A stretch of 64,000 bases of DNA from Mobula hypostoma (GCF_963921235.1 NC_086097.1:218738001-218802000), one strand, 5' to 3'; shown: positions 39,061 through 53,466, counted from the stretch's first letter. The notes: generated from the letters alone by a model not told the origin. A program made the numbers and translations.

Positions 39061-40274
39061 CAAATGCTGCTTTTTTCAGGTGCTCTGTCGATAAGCTGAT
39101 AAGCACGTCAGCAGAGAAATTCTTTTGAATGTCGACTGAATCCATCAAAAGCATTCTTCTTTCTAATATGAATATAAAGCTCCAAAATGTGTCAATTCAT
39201 CCTGAGCCTGTGGGGATTAGTCTGAATAAAAAAATCTTGCAATAGATATTAGTGTAGTCAGTCAGATAAGAGAGAATGAAAATAGCCTGAGGGCATATTT
39301 TTTCTAAGTATGCAAAGAAAGAAGTAATTGAATTGCATGGGAAGCTTGATCACTAAAAATTACTAACTTGCAATAACAATGAAAACTATATCTTTCATTC
39401 ACTCCCCTTTAACTGGTTCATGAGTAATATCAATTAGTATGAACATCTGTAATCGTTGTAATGTCCCAGCACCAGGCTGACAAATTAGTGATGAAGAATT
39501 TTTTTTGGCATTTTGCCAGTTAGGGATATGACAATTGAGAAAGGGAATCAGAGTGAAGAAAGTGTTGATAAACTGATTATAGGAGTTTTTTCTTCCAAAT
39601 ACTAGGTCAAGGGACAGTTTTCTGGATATCACCTCTTATTTGGTACCACAGAGGGCTTCTTTCAGCACATGATTCTGAGAGCAAATTATTGTGGTCCCAT
39701 CTCTAACTCACTTTTACACAGTTTGATAAATTGTTGTGGGGTGGTGGGAGTAGTCTGATTAACATCAACCCTTATGCAGCTTACATTTAGCAGACCCAAA
39801 GAGAAGAAATTCAATTACTTTTCCATTGTAACTCACTTGCCCTAAATGGCAACGAGAGCATTTTATGATTTTGCAAGCCCATGATTGTGAGGATAGGTGG
39901 GATTGAGGTCAATAGCCTTCATTCCACAAGATGTCACCTTCTGCATTCTCCAAATCAGTAGAGCAATGTCCCTGGCTGAACAAACTTGCGGCAGTACCAG
40001 AGAGACCAGAAGCATCAATGAATTACCCCAAAGACCCAAACATTTGATGCATAAATTTTAAGAACAGTACAGTTGGAAGAGTCTGTTAATAGGTTCCTTT
40101 CCTGAAGGAATAATAGTATTACAAGTAGGGCCCACTGTAATGTTCAGTGGTGCCTTATGAAATTTTCTAGACAGCAATTTTTCTTGAAATCTGTGTCCAA
40201 TATTTCCACACTACTGCCATACGTTATGTATGTATGAGTGTACAGAACATTTATATGGACAGATTTTGTTAGTA

Positions 40275-41039
40275 CAGTTAATTGGGACACAACAGGAACA
40301 GTACATTTTGGCCCACTTTAGCAGCTCCCCCAATTAGCTGAAGTTTCATGGAAATAGTAAAGAAGGTAGAAAAACACAATCTAAGTAACAAATTATGCAT
40401 TTAAATGAAATGCAGAACGAACTAGAACACCACCAATAGTACTACAGTACAGTACAGTACTATAAAAATGTATATTAGTTCCTACAAGTAATTGGTACTA
40501 GTAATTACTAGTAATTGATGGAGGGATACATTCAGTGTACACAATGAACAAATCAGCACAGGCACCGAGTGCAAATAATGGACTGTTTTCATACAATGTC
40601 ATCGATGATTACATCCTCCAAATCTTCATTTTCATTGTAACATTCAAGATGATTGTCGATACCTTCAAATTCTTTGTAGTTCCTAAATGATTGAAGTAGT
40701 GCAATCATTTCATTTTCACTCCCGGGCATTTCTGGCATCTCCAAGCCTGAATGCTTGAAACCACAGTGAGCAAAACGGTTCTGAATTTTCTTACTGCTTA
40801 TTTCTCGCCAACTATCAGTGACAAAAGTCACTCCTTCCTGAACACAAACACACACAACTAAAACTATTTAAAAACAGTTCACTCTAAGCACAGTGTACCA
40901 TCCAATGGCCATCCGCATACACGTGACTGACACGAGTTAGAAACTGTTTGCCAAGTCTCCTGCCCCAATTAAGCAGCGCAGTATTCCAAATAAGCAGCTG
41001 CCCCAATTAACTGAAGCACCAAATAACTGGAATCAAGTG
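40275..41039 (-). mobile_element. Tigger/pogo-type internally deleted DNA transposon
   Basis: TA-flanked degenerate ends with repeated ccaatta motifs. DSWREISSKKIQNRFAHCGF resembles a pogo transposase C-terminus. Confidence 0.65.
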
Positions 41040-41397
41040 TAAATATTATAGAATAAGTCATTTATACTGTCGAAGATAAGAAAAAATTCCAACACCTTAA
41101 ATTTAAGTTCGTAAACCTGAAATGAATACACAAAATGCAAAAAAAAGTTTTAATTTTTATATGATCACATCATAAACATTCTACAGAAAATTGACAAACT
41201 GTTTTCCACTTGATTAGTTATTGATGCATACATTTGGAAATTTGTTTTTCTTGTGCACATTTAGAGATGAACAGAATTGAAGATTTAAACACTACTAAGG
41301 CACATGCATTATCAGTAAGGTTCTATTTGCTTTGGAACAGTTACTAGCTGTGAACAGTCTTAATACAGTACATGAGTTGGTTATTTATCTACAATCT

Positions 41398-41643
41398 AGA
41401 GATACAGTATAGTAATAGGTCCTTCCAGCTCCACAAGCCCATGCTGCCCAATTACACAATTACAACCAAGTACTACCCACTAACCTGTACGTCTTTGTAA
41501 TGTGGGATGGGGAGAGGAAACCGGGGCACCTGGAGGAAAAGCGAGCGCTCATGGGGAGAACGCACAAACTCCTTGCAGACAGCGGCGGGAATTGAACCTG
41601 GGTCGCTGGTGCTGTAACAGTGTTACGCTGCCATGTTGCCCCC
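41398..41643 (-). mobile_element. V-SINE with CR1-like tail
   Basis: Minus strand B box ggttcaattccc, V domain ggagtttgtgcgttctcccc..ggtttcctc. Confidence 0.8.
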
Positions 41644-41825
41644 TAAATAATATCAGAGATCAAGCAGGTATGAGAATGACATTCACAATAATCTTGTTTG
41701 GAAGAGAGGTCCGCCACCTTTACTGGCAGTGGATTTCATCCCTAAATTGATACTTCAGTAAGTTCTTTGAATAATTAATATTTAGCTACTCTGTGGTCTA
41801 TTCATGATTTTTCACTTAATGCTAT

Positions 41826-42669
41826 TGTTACGGGCCAGCAACAATAGATGTAGAATGGAGTTGGGGAATTATTGCAAACAACTGAATTTATTAACATTTA
41901 TGCAGAAATATAGAAAATTAAACAAACAACTAACTTAAACAGAATATAACGGCGTTACACGTCTATAGCTCCCAAACAGTCAAACTTAGAAACAGTTCTT
42001 AACAAAGTCTTACTCAAGCACAGTCTTAGAGTGGCAGTTTAGGAAGTCTAGGTGGTTCATGAAATAAGTGAGAGACTTGTATATTCACAATGCACCGAAG
42101 AGACGATCTTGGAGATTCACCATACGGTGGAGAGGTGATCTTGAAGAAACAGTTACTGGAGTTTGTAGCTGCGGAGTACCTTTTTTGAAGAGTCCAAGAA
42201 GAGCGAGATTTCACAGAGTCACCACACAACATCCGAGACCATGCAGGGGTTAACCAAAAGTGTGTGCCACAATCCATGTATGGGTTATACGAAATGTCAG
42301 TCACATTTGAAATGCACAGAGTGCTGCTGGCTAACCCAATCCTTTGGGTTCGTTCGAAGCCTGCAATCTTCACCCTCACTCTCTTCCCGTCGATTTCTTA
42401 ACAACTCCTTACCAAGCGACTCCCTAACGAGTGACTTCCTAATGAGCGACTGCCCACTAAACGACTGTGAGTCTTTTTACACCGTCGGGAATATGTTATC
42501 ATGTGACTCTCACAGAAACAAAGTCATGGATTCCCAGTAAACCACGTGGCGCCCCTAGGAATCGAAACTACAAGCTTCCAGCAAAACAAGAGTTTAGATA
42601 CATCACACTTAGTAAATGAAACTAATATCACGTGACATCCACAGGAATCGAAACTGTGAACCCATAACA
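41826..42669 (-). mobile_element. Solo LTR (Gypsy-type), 844 bp
   Basis: TGTTAcGGG...CCCaTAACA ends. 4-bp TSD ctat at 41822-41825 and 42670-42673. AATAAA on minus at 41887-41892. Confidence 0.85.
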
Positions 42670-44668
42670 CTATAATTACATTTGGTCAAACGAATTAAAT
42701 ATAAAGCAAGCTGGAAAAGAAAACATATTTGTGAGGTATGCATATAAATGATGCAAAAGATGTGAGTTGCTTGCTGGTTCCAGATAGAAAGGTGTGTCAG
42801 TCTTGAGAAGATGCATTGAGGGTGTAGCATTTATTGACTGACAGTGCCATATCTATCACCATAGCCTGACACAAGATTCCACATTAAGCGCAAATGTGGA
42901 AACAGAACTGCTGGGAACAATAGCATTAGGCTAGGCAAACATAGCTTGAATCCTAGACCTGGCACAGGATCTGAGACCTTGTTGTTCCCAGTGGGCATTC
43001 TAGGTCAGCAAACTGGAAGGCAAAGTCATTGAAGATATTTCTATATTATTTTAAATTAGGTATGCAATTATCGGTGTTTTAAAATACACTTTTATTTTAA
43101 AGTTAAAAAGTTTAGGTCATTATTATTCAATTCAAAGTTAATAGATTATATATAAAGTATCGCTAGTTAAGTTCAACGACATAATTGACAGGAGACAATG
43201 CTCCACCACAGCTTTTGCCTTCAGCCAAGTCCTTATAGGGGTAGATAGTATCAGTGCCTCTGCACCACACTGTCTGAGGCCTAGTTGGTATTTGCACATT
43301 GCCACTTGTGACATGAAGACACAAGAGGGGCAACAAAGTAAGCTTCTTTCAGTCACTCCAGCTGGTGTAAGAAAATGGGTCCTGTTGCTGATTCTCAGCT
43401 TAGAATGTTTGTCCATTATGTTGAACCAAACTAAGGGAATGCCCAACTGATGTTAGGGAAAACGACGAAGATTAGACCTGTTAGACACAGCTTTTCTTTC
43501 TCTTATTTCCTATGTGCATCCGTGGATGGTCAGGAAAAGTGCTGAAACTTATGTTTCCATAGTGACAGGAAGGATCTGACCTTATTTAAGCTGAACACAG
43601 TGTTCCACTAACATTTGTCCTTATTCATCTGCTGCAGCTAGCAGGTAAAAGCATGAATGCAGCAAGCAGGTAGCGTAGCCGGAGGAGTAGTAATCCACTC
43701 TCTGCTAGTGCTTACATGAAGGTTTATAGAAGAGCAAATGCAAGACCTTAGTATGTGGAATAAAAACATGGGTTTGTTTCAGGATAAATATACTTTTAGA
43801 CAGGCTATTAAAACAGTCCAGTCCAGGTGAAGGGACAACACATTGACTGTGCAATTTCCTGCTGTATGTGAATAATGACTTCCTCCAGTGCTGTGTATGT
43901 TGCTCCAGGCCATTAAATTTGATGTTTGTCATCCAGAGTCCAGCTTTAAGGAAGCATTCATTATACCCCCTTCAATTAAGTCTCCCCTTGGTCTTCCATG
44001 TTTCAAAGAAAATAAGTCTAGGTAGTGTATCAGTCTTCCAGTCTTTCCCTACAGCTGCAATTTCCCAGTTCTGTCAACATTCTAGAAAATCTGGATCCTG
44101 TCCAAGTGAAAGATGATGAGGACATTGCTTTTGACAGACATAACATTTAGTTATATGGATTTTGGGCATGCAGATACTGCAGTGGCTACTTTCCCATATT
44201 TCCCCAAAGCGTTTGGAAGGATTAGTTATTTTCACATCCCAAGAGATTGTTATTGAAGATGTCAGCAGGGCAGTTTGAAATAAGGATGGTGGTGTTAAAC
44301 AAGTATTTTTTTTCTGAAATGTTTTTTGGAATTCCCAGTTAGAGACGTAGGATCTGCAAGTCCAGGGCCTGGGTGAAGGCTGCTGAGTTTTCCTTCATTC
44401 ATGTATAGGCTATTCATGAGCTTCTAAGAAGGGTTTCCGGCATCTACAGATTTTCTCTTGTTTCCAATGGTTACCCAGTTTCTTTGTTGTGAGGTACAAT
44501 GAGGATAGGCCTACACTCTCTGCTAAAATGCTCAATGCAGTCAGCAGAATCTACAAGACTTAGAACTTTTAAGTATTTTTTATCGCTAGTCATTTAATTC
44601 AATTCTAGCACAGCCAATTCTGTCATCGTTAATATCAACTCTCACAGAACAAATCAGGAATGAATTTT

Positions 44669-47600
44669 CTTTCAAGATTTTTATTAATATCATATAAATT
44701 GCTTGAATACAAATATAAAATTCATAAGGATACAAGTAAGTAATATGATTTACATTACATTTAAATCACAGTAATATGATCACGGTATGTCATATTCCAA
44801 ATCAATCATGTAGAAAAAAAGATTGAATTATGAAATGAAATAAAGTAAAATAATTTTATTTTATTAAAAAAATTTATCCCCACTACCAAAATGAGCTGGT
44901 TGGTAAAAAAAAAGAAAAAAAAACCTTACCATATAATATTATTATAATAATGGCTCAGATCCATACTTTAATAACAGTTCAAAGATTATGAAAATAACTC
45001 AGAAAGGGTCCCCATAGCATTAGAAAATCACGTTTGGAATCAGAAATCGAACAACGAATCTTCTCTAGATCTAGGCATAACATAACATCAGATAGCCATT
45101 GAACATGAGTGGGTGGGGCGGCCTCTTTTCACTTGAGCAAGGTCGCCCTCCTGGCCATAACAGACATAAAGGCCAATACCCGCAAATTAGATGGCTTCAA
45201 TATTGTAGCACTATCCTCAACAATACCAAACATGGCAGTCAAAGGTTTGGGCTTAAAACTAACATTGAAAAGTACAGAAAAAGTTTGAAATACAGCTTTC
45301 CAAAATTTTTCAAGGCTCGGACATGTCCAAAACATATGAATTAGTGTGGCCACTCCATTAGTACATTTATCACAGTAAGGGGAAATATCTGCGTAGAAAT
45401 GAGAGAGCTTGTCTTTAGACATATGAACTCTATGTACCACTTTGAATTGTAATAAAGAATGACGAGCACATAATTATGAAGAATTAATCAATTTTAAAAT
45501 AATCTTCCAGCTCTCTTCAGATATGAAAATTTGTAATCCTTTTCCCAGTCTCCTTTAATTTTATCTAAAGAAGCCTTTTTCAGTCCCAACAGCAGACCGT
45601 AAATGTAAGATATTGAACCGTTGTCAAAGGCTTTCAGATTAAAAATTATATCTATTATATTCTTATCTGGACTTGTAGGAAATGTATGTAATTGAGATCT
45701 TTAAAAATCTCTAATATGTAAGTAATGAAAAAAGTGGGTATTGGAAAGGTTAAATTTCATTGGAAGTTGCACAAAAGAAGAGAGATTCCCTCCATCAAAC
45801 AAGTCCTGAAATCGTTTAATACCCAATCTATCCCATTCTTTAAAAGATAAGTCAATTGTAAATGGTTTAAAAAAATTAGAAAAGATGGGACTCGAGAGGG
45901 AGAATCTCAATAAACCGAAATGTTTTCTAAACTGTAACCAAATCCTCAAAGTATGTTTGACCACCACGTTGTCAATAAGTTTATTTAAAGATAAAGGAAG
46001 CAAGGATCCAAGTAAAGAAAATTTCATAACAGAGTTGACTTCCAAAGAGAACCATATAGGACAGTTCTCATGGTTAATGTAATATATCCAGAACGTAATA
46101 TTTCATATATTAACTGCCCAATAATATAACCTAAAATTGGGTAAGGCAAAGCCTCCATCCTGTTTGGTTTTTTGAAGGTGAGCTTTATTTATTCGAGGTT
46201 TTTTATTCTTCCATATATAGGAAGAAAGAATTGAATCCAAAGAGTCAAAAAAAGATTTAGGAGTAAAAATAGGCACAGCTTGAAAAAGGTATATAAATTT
46301 AGGTAAGATATTCATTTTAATAGAATTAATTCGACCAATCAGTGATAAAGAGAGAGGCAACCAATTAGAAAGTGTTTTTTAACATAATTCATTAAAGTTA
46401 AAAAAATTTCCTTAAGTAAATCTTTATAATTAGTAATAGTTACTCCTAAATATGTAAATTGTTTTCTTAAAATTTTAAAAGGAAGGTTAATATCAGTTGG
46501 TATTAAATTGTTTAAAGGAAACAGTTCACTCTTATGTAAGTTTAATTTATATCCTGAGAACTGACTAAAATTAGTCAGTAAATGGAACACAGATGGTAAA
46601 GAGGTTGTAACATTAGATATAAAAAGCAATAAATCATCAGCATAAAACGACACTTTATGAATAGTACCTCTCCTTAGAATACCAGTAATCTCTTTAGACT
46701 CCGAAAAGCTATTGCTAAGGGTTCTAGAACCAAATCAATAAGCAGAGGGCTCAAAGGACAACCTTGTCTAGTCCCACGTTGGAGTTTAAAGGGTTTAAAA
46801 TTCTGAAGATTAGTAAGGACCCAAGCGGAGGGAAATAAATAAAGTAACTTAATCCAATGAATAAAATTAGGTCCAAAATAAATTTTTCTAAGGATGTAAA
46901 AAGATAATTCCATTCAACTCTGTCAAAGGCCTTCTCCGCATCCAAAGATATTCCGATATTTCCTTAGATGGAGAATGCATAACATTTAACAAACGCCGTA
47001 TATTAAAATGGGAATATCGATTTTTAATGAATCCTGTCTGATCATCCAAAACTATAGAAGATAGAATATATTAAAGTCTGTGAGCTAACAAAAGTCCTCA
47101 TCGGGAAAACAAAGAAATGGTTTAAATTCTTTATTGTAAAGTTCCGACATATCTTCTTTATATTTCATACGATCAGCCATAACTTAAGGTGAATAGTCCT
47201 CCACAAATCTGACCTTGTAACCATGGAAATCGATCATTCCTTGTCGACGGGTATGGTGAATTAAAAGGTCCTTAATACGAAATTCATGAAAACTTAGAAT
47301 GACTGACCTAGGTCTTGCTGCCGGCAACAGTGGCTTCAAAGTCAGCGAGCGATATGCTCAATCATGCTCAGGCTCAGAAGTGAATAAAACAGGGAATAGC
47401 TGCTTCAGAAAATTTGCAAAGAACTTCGTAGGGTCAGCGCCTTCAATTGATTCTTCAAGACCCAGAATTTGCAGATTATTTCTCCTGTTTCTACTTTCCA
47501 GATTGATAATCCTTTTCATCAATTTTTCTTTGCATAAAGATAACTCTTTGCAGAGCTTAATTGTATCTTCAACATCCTCTTCAAGTGTCAACAGCTTTGC

Positions 47601-47907
47601 AGTATTTTCCTGAATTCGGTTCTCATGCTCAGTTAAAGTTTCTTGGATTGTATCCAATTTGCCATTAAGTCGTTGAAACTCCTCAGAAAATTCTGATTTT
47701 TGCCGTTTAAGGAAGTCACTGATAGAATCCGAAGTGACTGGGGATTCTCTTTTGCAGAAGCTTTTATTTTTTCCCCAGCCACAGTAGAGCAGTATTAAAG
47801 CATTATAATAAGGTTTCAAAAAAAAACTGGTAGGAGACAATAAAGTAAATAGGGTAGGAGCAATCCAAAACGATGTTACTCCATCAGCTGCCAACAGGGC
47901 TCTCCCT
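44669..47907 (-). mobile_element. L1-clade LINE with both ends, endonuclease region deleted
   Basis: ORF1 LESRNRRNNLQILGLEE. RT DAEKAFDRVEW, RGTRQGCPLSPLL, YADD. CCHC CDKC..HMFWTC. 12-bp TSD ggaatgaatttt at 44657-44668 and 47908-47919. Confidence 0.93.
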
Positions 47908-48899
47908 GGAATGAATTTTGAATACCAAGCTTAAACATGATTATATGTGTAAAAGCTTTGAGATACTAATTTCCAGCTATAAGATCATCTTTATGACCAT
48001 GATGTTAGAACCAAAATAATTGAACCTTTATTAGAAAGTTAATGTAAAACTGATTTTCATGGTGGCTACCTGCTAACCATGAGACATAGCAAAAGAAAAT
48101 CTCTAATTAATTATGCATATTTTATTCAAGCATTCTCAAATCCTTTGATAACTAAACTAATTTAGTGATGAGGTTTTGTAGTTAAAAGTGGACACTTTTT
48201 CATTAGAATATCTTTTCAAAATCTTTGGAATTATCATAATGAGTTTGCTTTAATATTATAAAAATTAAAAAGAAAAGCAAATAATTTTATGATTACATTT
48301 TCACTTGGAGCTCTGGTTGTCTACATTTTATTAAAACCAAATATTTATAGAAATCCTTGGACAAATTATAATTATAATTATAATTTTTGCAGAAAAGATG
48401 CTTGGAGAGTTGATGCACATAAATCAGTGCTGTTGCAGGATTGTCTCTCTTAGAGTGTGACTTGATTGCACACTGGATATGAATTGGTGCTCACAATTGC
48501 TAAGACAAGATCATGGACATATTTAGTATAATAACCTTTATTACCCAGAGATTTGATTATTCCTTGATGATTTCCTTTGTTTTACTGTTGATAAAATTGA
48601 GATCCTCCAAATCCTTGCCCTTTTGTAGTATGCACTTCATCTTGATTGCAGTAGGGAAATGAACAATGCTCTGGGCTCCCTCGTAAGCATGTGCAGGTAT
48701 AGAACTTTAAGTCAGTGTATGATTGAGGCCTCCCTCTTCTTGAGTTAAATTTCAATTCCTTGGCTTGATCCTGCCCATAATTCCACTTTTGTGTCTGTGC
48801 TGGCTCCCAGTTACATCACAGCCCATGGATTCTCACCCATTTCTTTATAGTTTTTCTCCTCCCATTTCTTTAATCACTGGAAGCCCTATATCTCTTCTG

Positions 48900-49400
48900 A
48901 TCTCCATTCCCCTTCTGACACATCAGTCCACAGCCTCCTCTTGTGTCAAGGTGAAGCCACCGTCGGGGTGGAGGTGCAACACCTTATATTCCATCTGGGG
49001 TAGCCTCCAACCTGATGGCATGAATATCGATTTCTCCTTCCAGTAAAGAAAATCCCCTCCCCCTCCCCTATTCCTCTATTCCCCACTTTGGTCTTTTACC
49101 TCTTCTTTCTTGCTTATCCCTTCCTCCTGGGTCTCGTCCTCCTTGCCTTTCTCCTGTGGTCCACTCTCCTCTCCCACCAGATTCCTTCTTCTCCAGCCCG
49201 TTTCCTTTCCCTCCCAACTGACTTCTCCTATCAGATTCCAGCTAGCCTCCTTTCCTTCACCCCACACCTTTTTATTCCTGCATCATTCCTCTTCCTTTTA
49301 GGCCCTGAAGAAGGGTCTCTGTTCATTGTCAACTGTTTGTCCATTTGCATAGATGCTGCCTCACGTGCTGAGTTCCCTCAGCATTCTGTGTGTGCTCCAG
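48900..49400 (+). mobile_element. Penelope-like 3' fragment with degenerate hammerhead
   Basis: GSLQPDGMNIDFS remnant, CT-rich UTR, ctgaagaagggtctc at about 49305 lacking GAAA. Confidence 0.75.
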
Positions 49401-49965
49401 TGGAATTTGTCTACGTGGACTTGACAGAATTTCACATGGGCGGATAGTCCTGAGAGTTCAGTCACTTGGCATTTAGGATGAAGTAGTAAACTGGATTCAA
49501 CATTGGCTGCGCAGGAGAAGTCAGAGATTGGTAATAAATAGTTGCCTTTCTGACTAAAGGCCTGTAACTAGTGATGTACCACAGGGATTGATACTGGGTC
49601 CATTGTTGTTCGTCATCTATATTAAGGGTAGATAGGGTTGTAAAATGAGCTTGAGCTTTTGGCATATTTGCTTTCATAAAACAGAATATTGAGTACAGGA
49701 GTTGGAGTGTTATGTTGAAGTTGTCTAAGACGTTGGTGAGGCCATATTTGGAGTATTGTGTGCATTTCTGGTCACCTACCTACAGGAAAGATATCTTTAA
49801 GATTGAAACAGTGCGGATCAAACTTGCAGGGGGTTGCCAGGACTTGAGGACCTAGGTTACAAGGAATGATTGAATAGGTTAGGACTTTACTCCCTGGAGC
49901 ATAGGGAAATGAGGAAAGATTTAATAAAAGCATGCAAATTATGAAGGGTATAAATAGGGTAAATC
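49400..49965 (+). mobile_element. Old CR1 fragments
   Basis: gtaccacagggattgatactgggtcc; aggccatatttggagtattgtgtgc. Confidence 0.75.
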
Positions 49966-52453
49966 TTTGGAAAGGCCAACCAGATCTTAGTTCTATTATT
50001 CAGATGTAGAATAAAAACAATGCTGACACCTTACTGCATTTAACAAAACTGCAATTCCATATTGTTAGCTGTGCCATGAAGATGGCTTAATCAGTTAAAA
50101 AAATATTTGGGATGGACTCTTGCTCCTGCAGAATTAGTCTTCCTTACTGATTAGCTGGCAAGTTCACTATATTTGGAATGCATTCATTTTTTCCAGTGTA
50201 TATTAATTAGACATACTTGCACCACAGAAGTTCCACGCTATCCTGGTAGGTCTGCATTTCATGCAGCAATGATTTATTAGTAGCCATGAATGTAGTCTTC
50301 TAAAGTTACAGAGGTCAGACTTCAAATGTAAAATGTCATGAATAATTAAATTATTTATGTTAGCAAGATGGAGTGAACTATTGGCAGCATAAATTTGAAT
50401 GACATGAATAATACTTAAGTAAATTCATTCTTTCTCCATTAATCTGCCATGTATAAATTATTGCAGAGTACATAATTAGTTGATGTGAACCATGTCTTAA
50501 GTGCATGGTCATGAATTTTATTCTAGTGTTTGGCATTTGAGCAATTAAATTAAATATACCAAGAAGATATCTGTAATTGTTCAAAGGAGCTGAGGAGGTA
50601 AATAGATAAGAAAATATTTATGGCTGAAGCAGTAAACCTGTAGGAAAGTAAACTTGGCAAGGAGATAAATTTCCTGATCAATTATTTATCACCTAGTTCA
50701 GGACAGAATTATAAATGTCTGAAAATTGGATTCTGGATCATAACGTTTGATTTGTGGCCCTAATCACATTCTGTCTGTCATTTAAGAATGTACATTCTAG
50801 TCTTGCTGTATATGTGGAGAGAGTCTGCTAACATTTATGCTGCAATAACAGATAAAACCCTCACCATATAAATTAATTGTTGCAAAATTACATTGTCCTT
50901 TAAAGTAGAAAATTACCAGGTAAACCACATAGATACTCGTTCTTCAGCTCCTGGAGGGGTAAGAAATTGGAGCACAGTGCAGGAGTGGATGGTAGTTTGT
51001 AACTGGGGAGGCCAGCAGCAACTTTAGAAGAGAGAAAGTGAACAGGCTGGTATCATATTTGAAGCAGATGGGAAGAGGAGAGTGAGATTGAGATGGGAGG
51101 TCAGCATTAAAATGTAATAGGCACATCAGGGTAGCATAGATCGGAGAACTAACAGTTCATTGTGGCTGGTGGAGGGGTTCTGGGGAGACTAGAAAGCAGA
51201 TTAGCTTGAAAATTTTAATAAGTTTTTGACTTAGCTATAATACTCTCTCTTCAGCACAGCAAGGCTATAGTTTTGGAAGTGCCTTGTAATGGTACAAAGT
51301 TCCCTGTAATACTCCCACAGGGAATAACATAAATTCTTGTGGTTCTGATTCAGAAATCACATTGTATTCGCTTCCTAATAGTATTAATTTAACCAGCACC
51401 ATTTCATTATCTATGCTGCAAATATAAATTGCTATATAATTCAGATTCAAAGTCTATACTTTCAAAAGTAGTTACAGGCTTAAGAGTTTTGGAAATGCAC
51501 ATTAAAGCTAACCAGACTAGAATAAAGAAAGTCACAGCATCTCATCTGTCCAATGTGAGAGCGCATGCCAGTTGTAATCCAAGCCTATTTGGTCAGGGTG
51601 GCTACTGTTCATTTTAAAAATCAAATGAGAACATTGTCAATGACTGAGTTTTGAGGCAACTGCATATATGCCTGTGGTCACAGTGAACTGCCTGTGCAAT
51701 AGCAGCAAAGCCAATTTATTGAAGAGTGTAGGAAACAGACTGGTGACAAAAGCTATTGTATACTCCATCAATAAAATGATGCAATTTTAACATAAAAATG
51801 AAGCAAGTGTTAATTACAGAGAAACAATGCAGGCAAAATCAATATTAGACATTTCCAACACTGCAGTAATAAGTTTGATTGCCAAAAGCATAACCCAATC
51901 ACCTCCTTTCTACCATACAGAATATAGCATTACCGTTATCACAGTCCATTTCTCGACTGGGTTGGAAGGCAGTCAAATTTTATTGACTGAAGGTTGTATA
52001 TGTGATCTTAACAGCAGAGGCGTAATATCTATTAAAAAGCAAACTTGGCAAAAGAAAATTGAAGGTTTTATCAGCAGTCAAAAGCGAGTTAATGTAGTTA
52101 CGTCTGTTTTCTATTCCTGAGCAGAGAGGGGCAAGGTCATTTTGCCTTGGTTTTAGACAAGCTGGTCACCGCGTTAGACTGAATCTGTGCCTTATTAATC
52201 CCACTAAATCAGGGACCTAAAGTTAACCCAATATTAATAAGTAACAATATGTGGACATTTTAAGAAGTAGAAGGTAAATATTAAAAAGGAATGCATATTT
52301 CCTTGTGAATGTAATTGAGTCAGAGAGTTATAGAGAAATACAGCAGAGATACAGATTCTCCATGCTGACTACTTTGTCTGCCTTGCTGGTCCGAATTTCC
52401 TGCGTTCTGCTCATATCTCTCCAGGTCATTATGGTCCCCCTGATTTGTAATGG

Positions 52454-53466
52454 AAACATAGAAACATAGAAAACTTACAGCACAATACAGGCCCTTCAGC
52501 CCACAAAGCTGTGCCGAACATGTTCCTATCTTAGAACTACTGTACCTAGACTTTACCCATAGCCCTCTATTTTTCTAAGCTCCATGTAGCCATCCAGCAG
52601 TCCCTATCATTTCTGCCTCCACTACCCCACCTGGCAGCCCATTCCACGCACTCACCACTCTCTGCATAAAAAAACTTACCCCTGACATCTCCTCTGTACC
52701 TATTTCAAAGCACCTTAAAACTATGTCCTCTTGTGCTAGCCATTCCAGCCCTGGGGAGAAGGCCTCTGACTATCCACACGATCAATGCCTCTCATTATCT
52801 TGTACACCTCTATCATGTCACCTCTCATCCTCCGTCGCTCCAAGGAGAAAAGGCTGAGTTCACTCAACCTATCCTCATAAGGCATGTTCCCCAATCCAGG
52901 CAACATCCTTGTAAATCTACTCTGCACCCTTTCTATGGTTTCCACGTCCTTACTGTAGTGAGACGACCAGAACTGAGCACAGTACTCCAAGTGGGGTCTG
53001 ACCAGGGTCCTATATAGCTGCAACATTACCTCTCGGTTCCTAAATTCAATTCCACGATTGATGAAGGCCAATACACCGTATGCCTTCTTAACCACAGAGT
53101 CAACCTGTGCAGCTGCTTTGAGCGTCCTATGGACTCAGACCCCCAAGATCCCTCTGATCCTCCACACTGCCAAGAGTCTTACCATTAATACTATATTCTG
53201 CCATCATATTTGACCTATCAAAATGAACCACCTCACACTTATCTGGGTTGAACTCCATCTGCCACTTCTCAGCCCAGTTTTGCATCCTAACAATGTCCCG
53301 TTGTAACCTCTGATAGCCCTCCACACTATCCACTACACCCCCAACCTTTGTGTCATCAGCAAATTTACTAACCCATCCCTCCATTTCCTCATCCAGGTCA
53401 TTTATAAAAACCACAAAGAGTAGGGGTCCCAGAACAGATTCCTGAGGCATACCACTGGTCACCAGC
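52454..53466 (-). mobile_element. CR1 LINE 3' fragment
   Basis: SKFADDTKVGG, LVRPHLEYCAQFW; (aaacatag)n tail. Confidence 0.92.

Noticed and set aside
49300..49340. Functional hammerhead at 49305 (also about 552 and about 31435)
   Set aside because: GAAA or CUGA core and stem II are destroyed.
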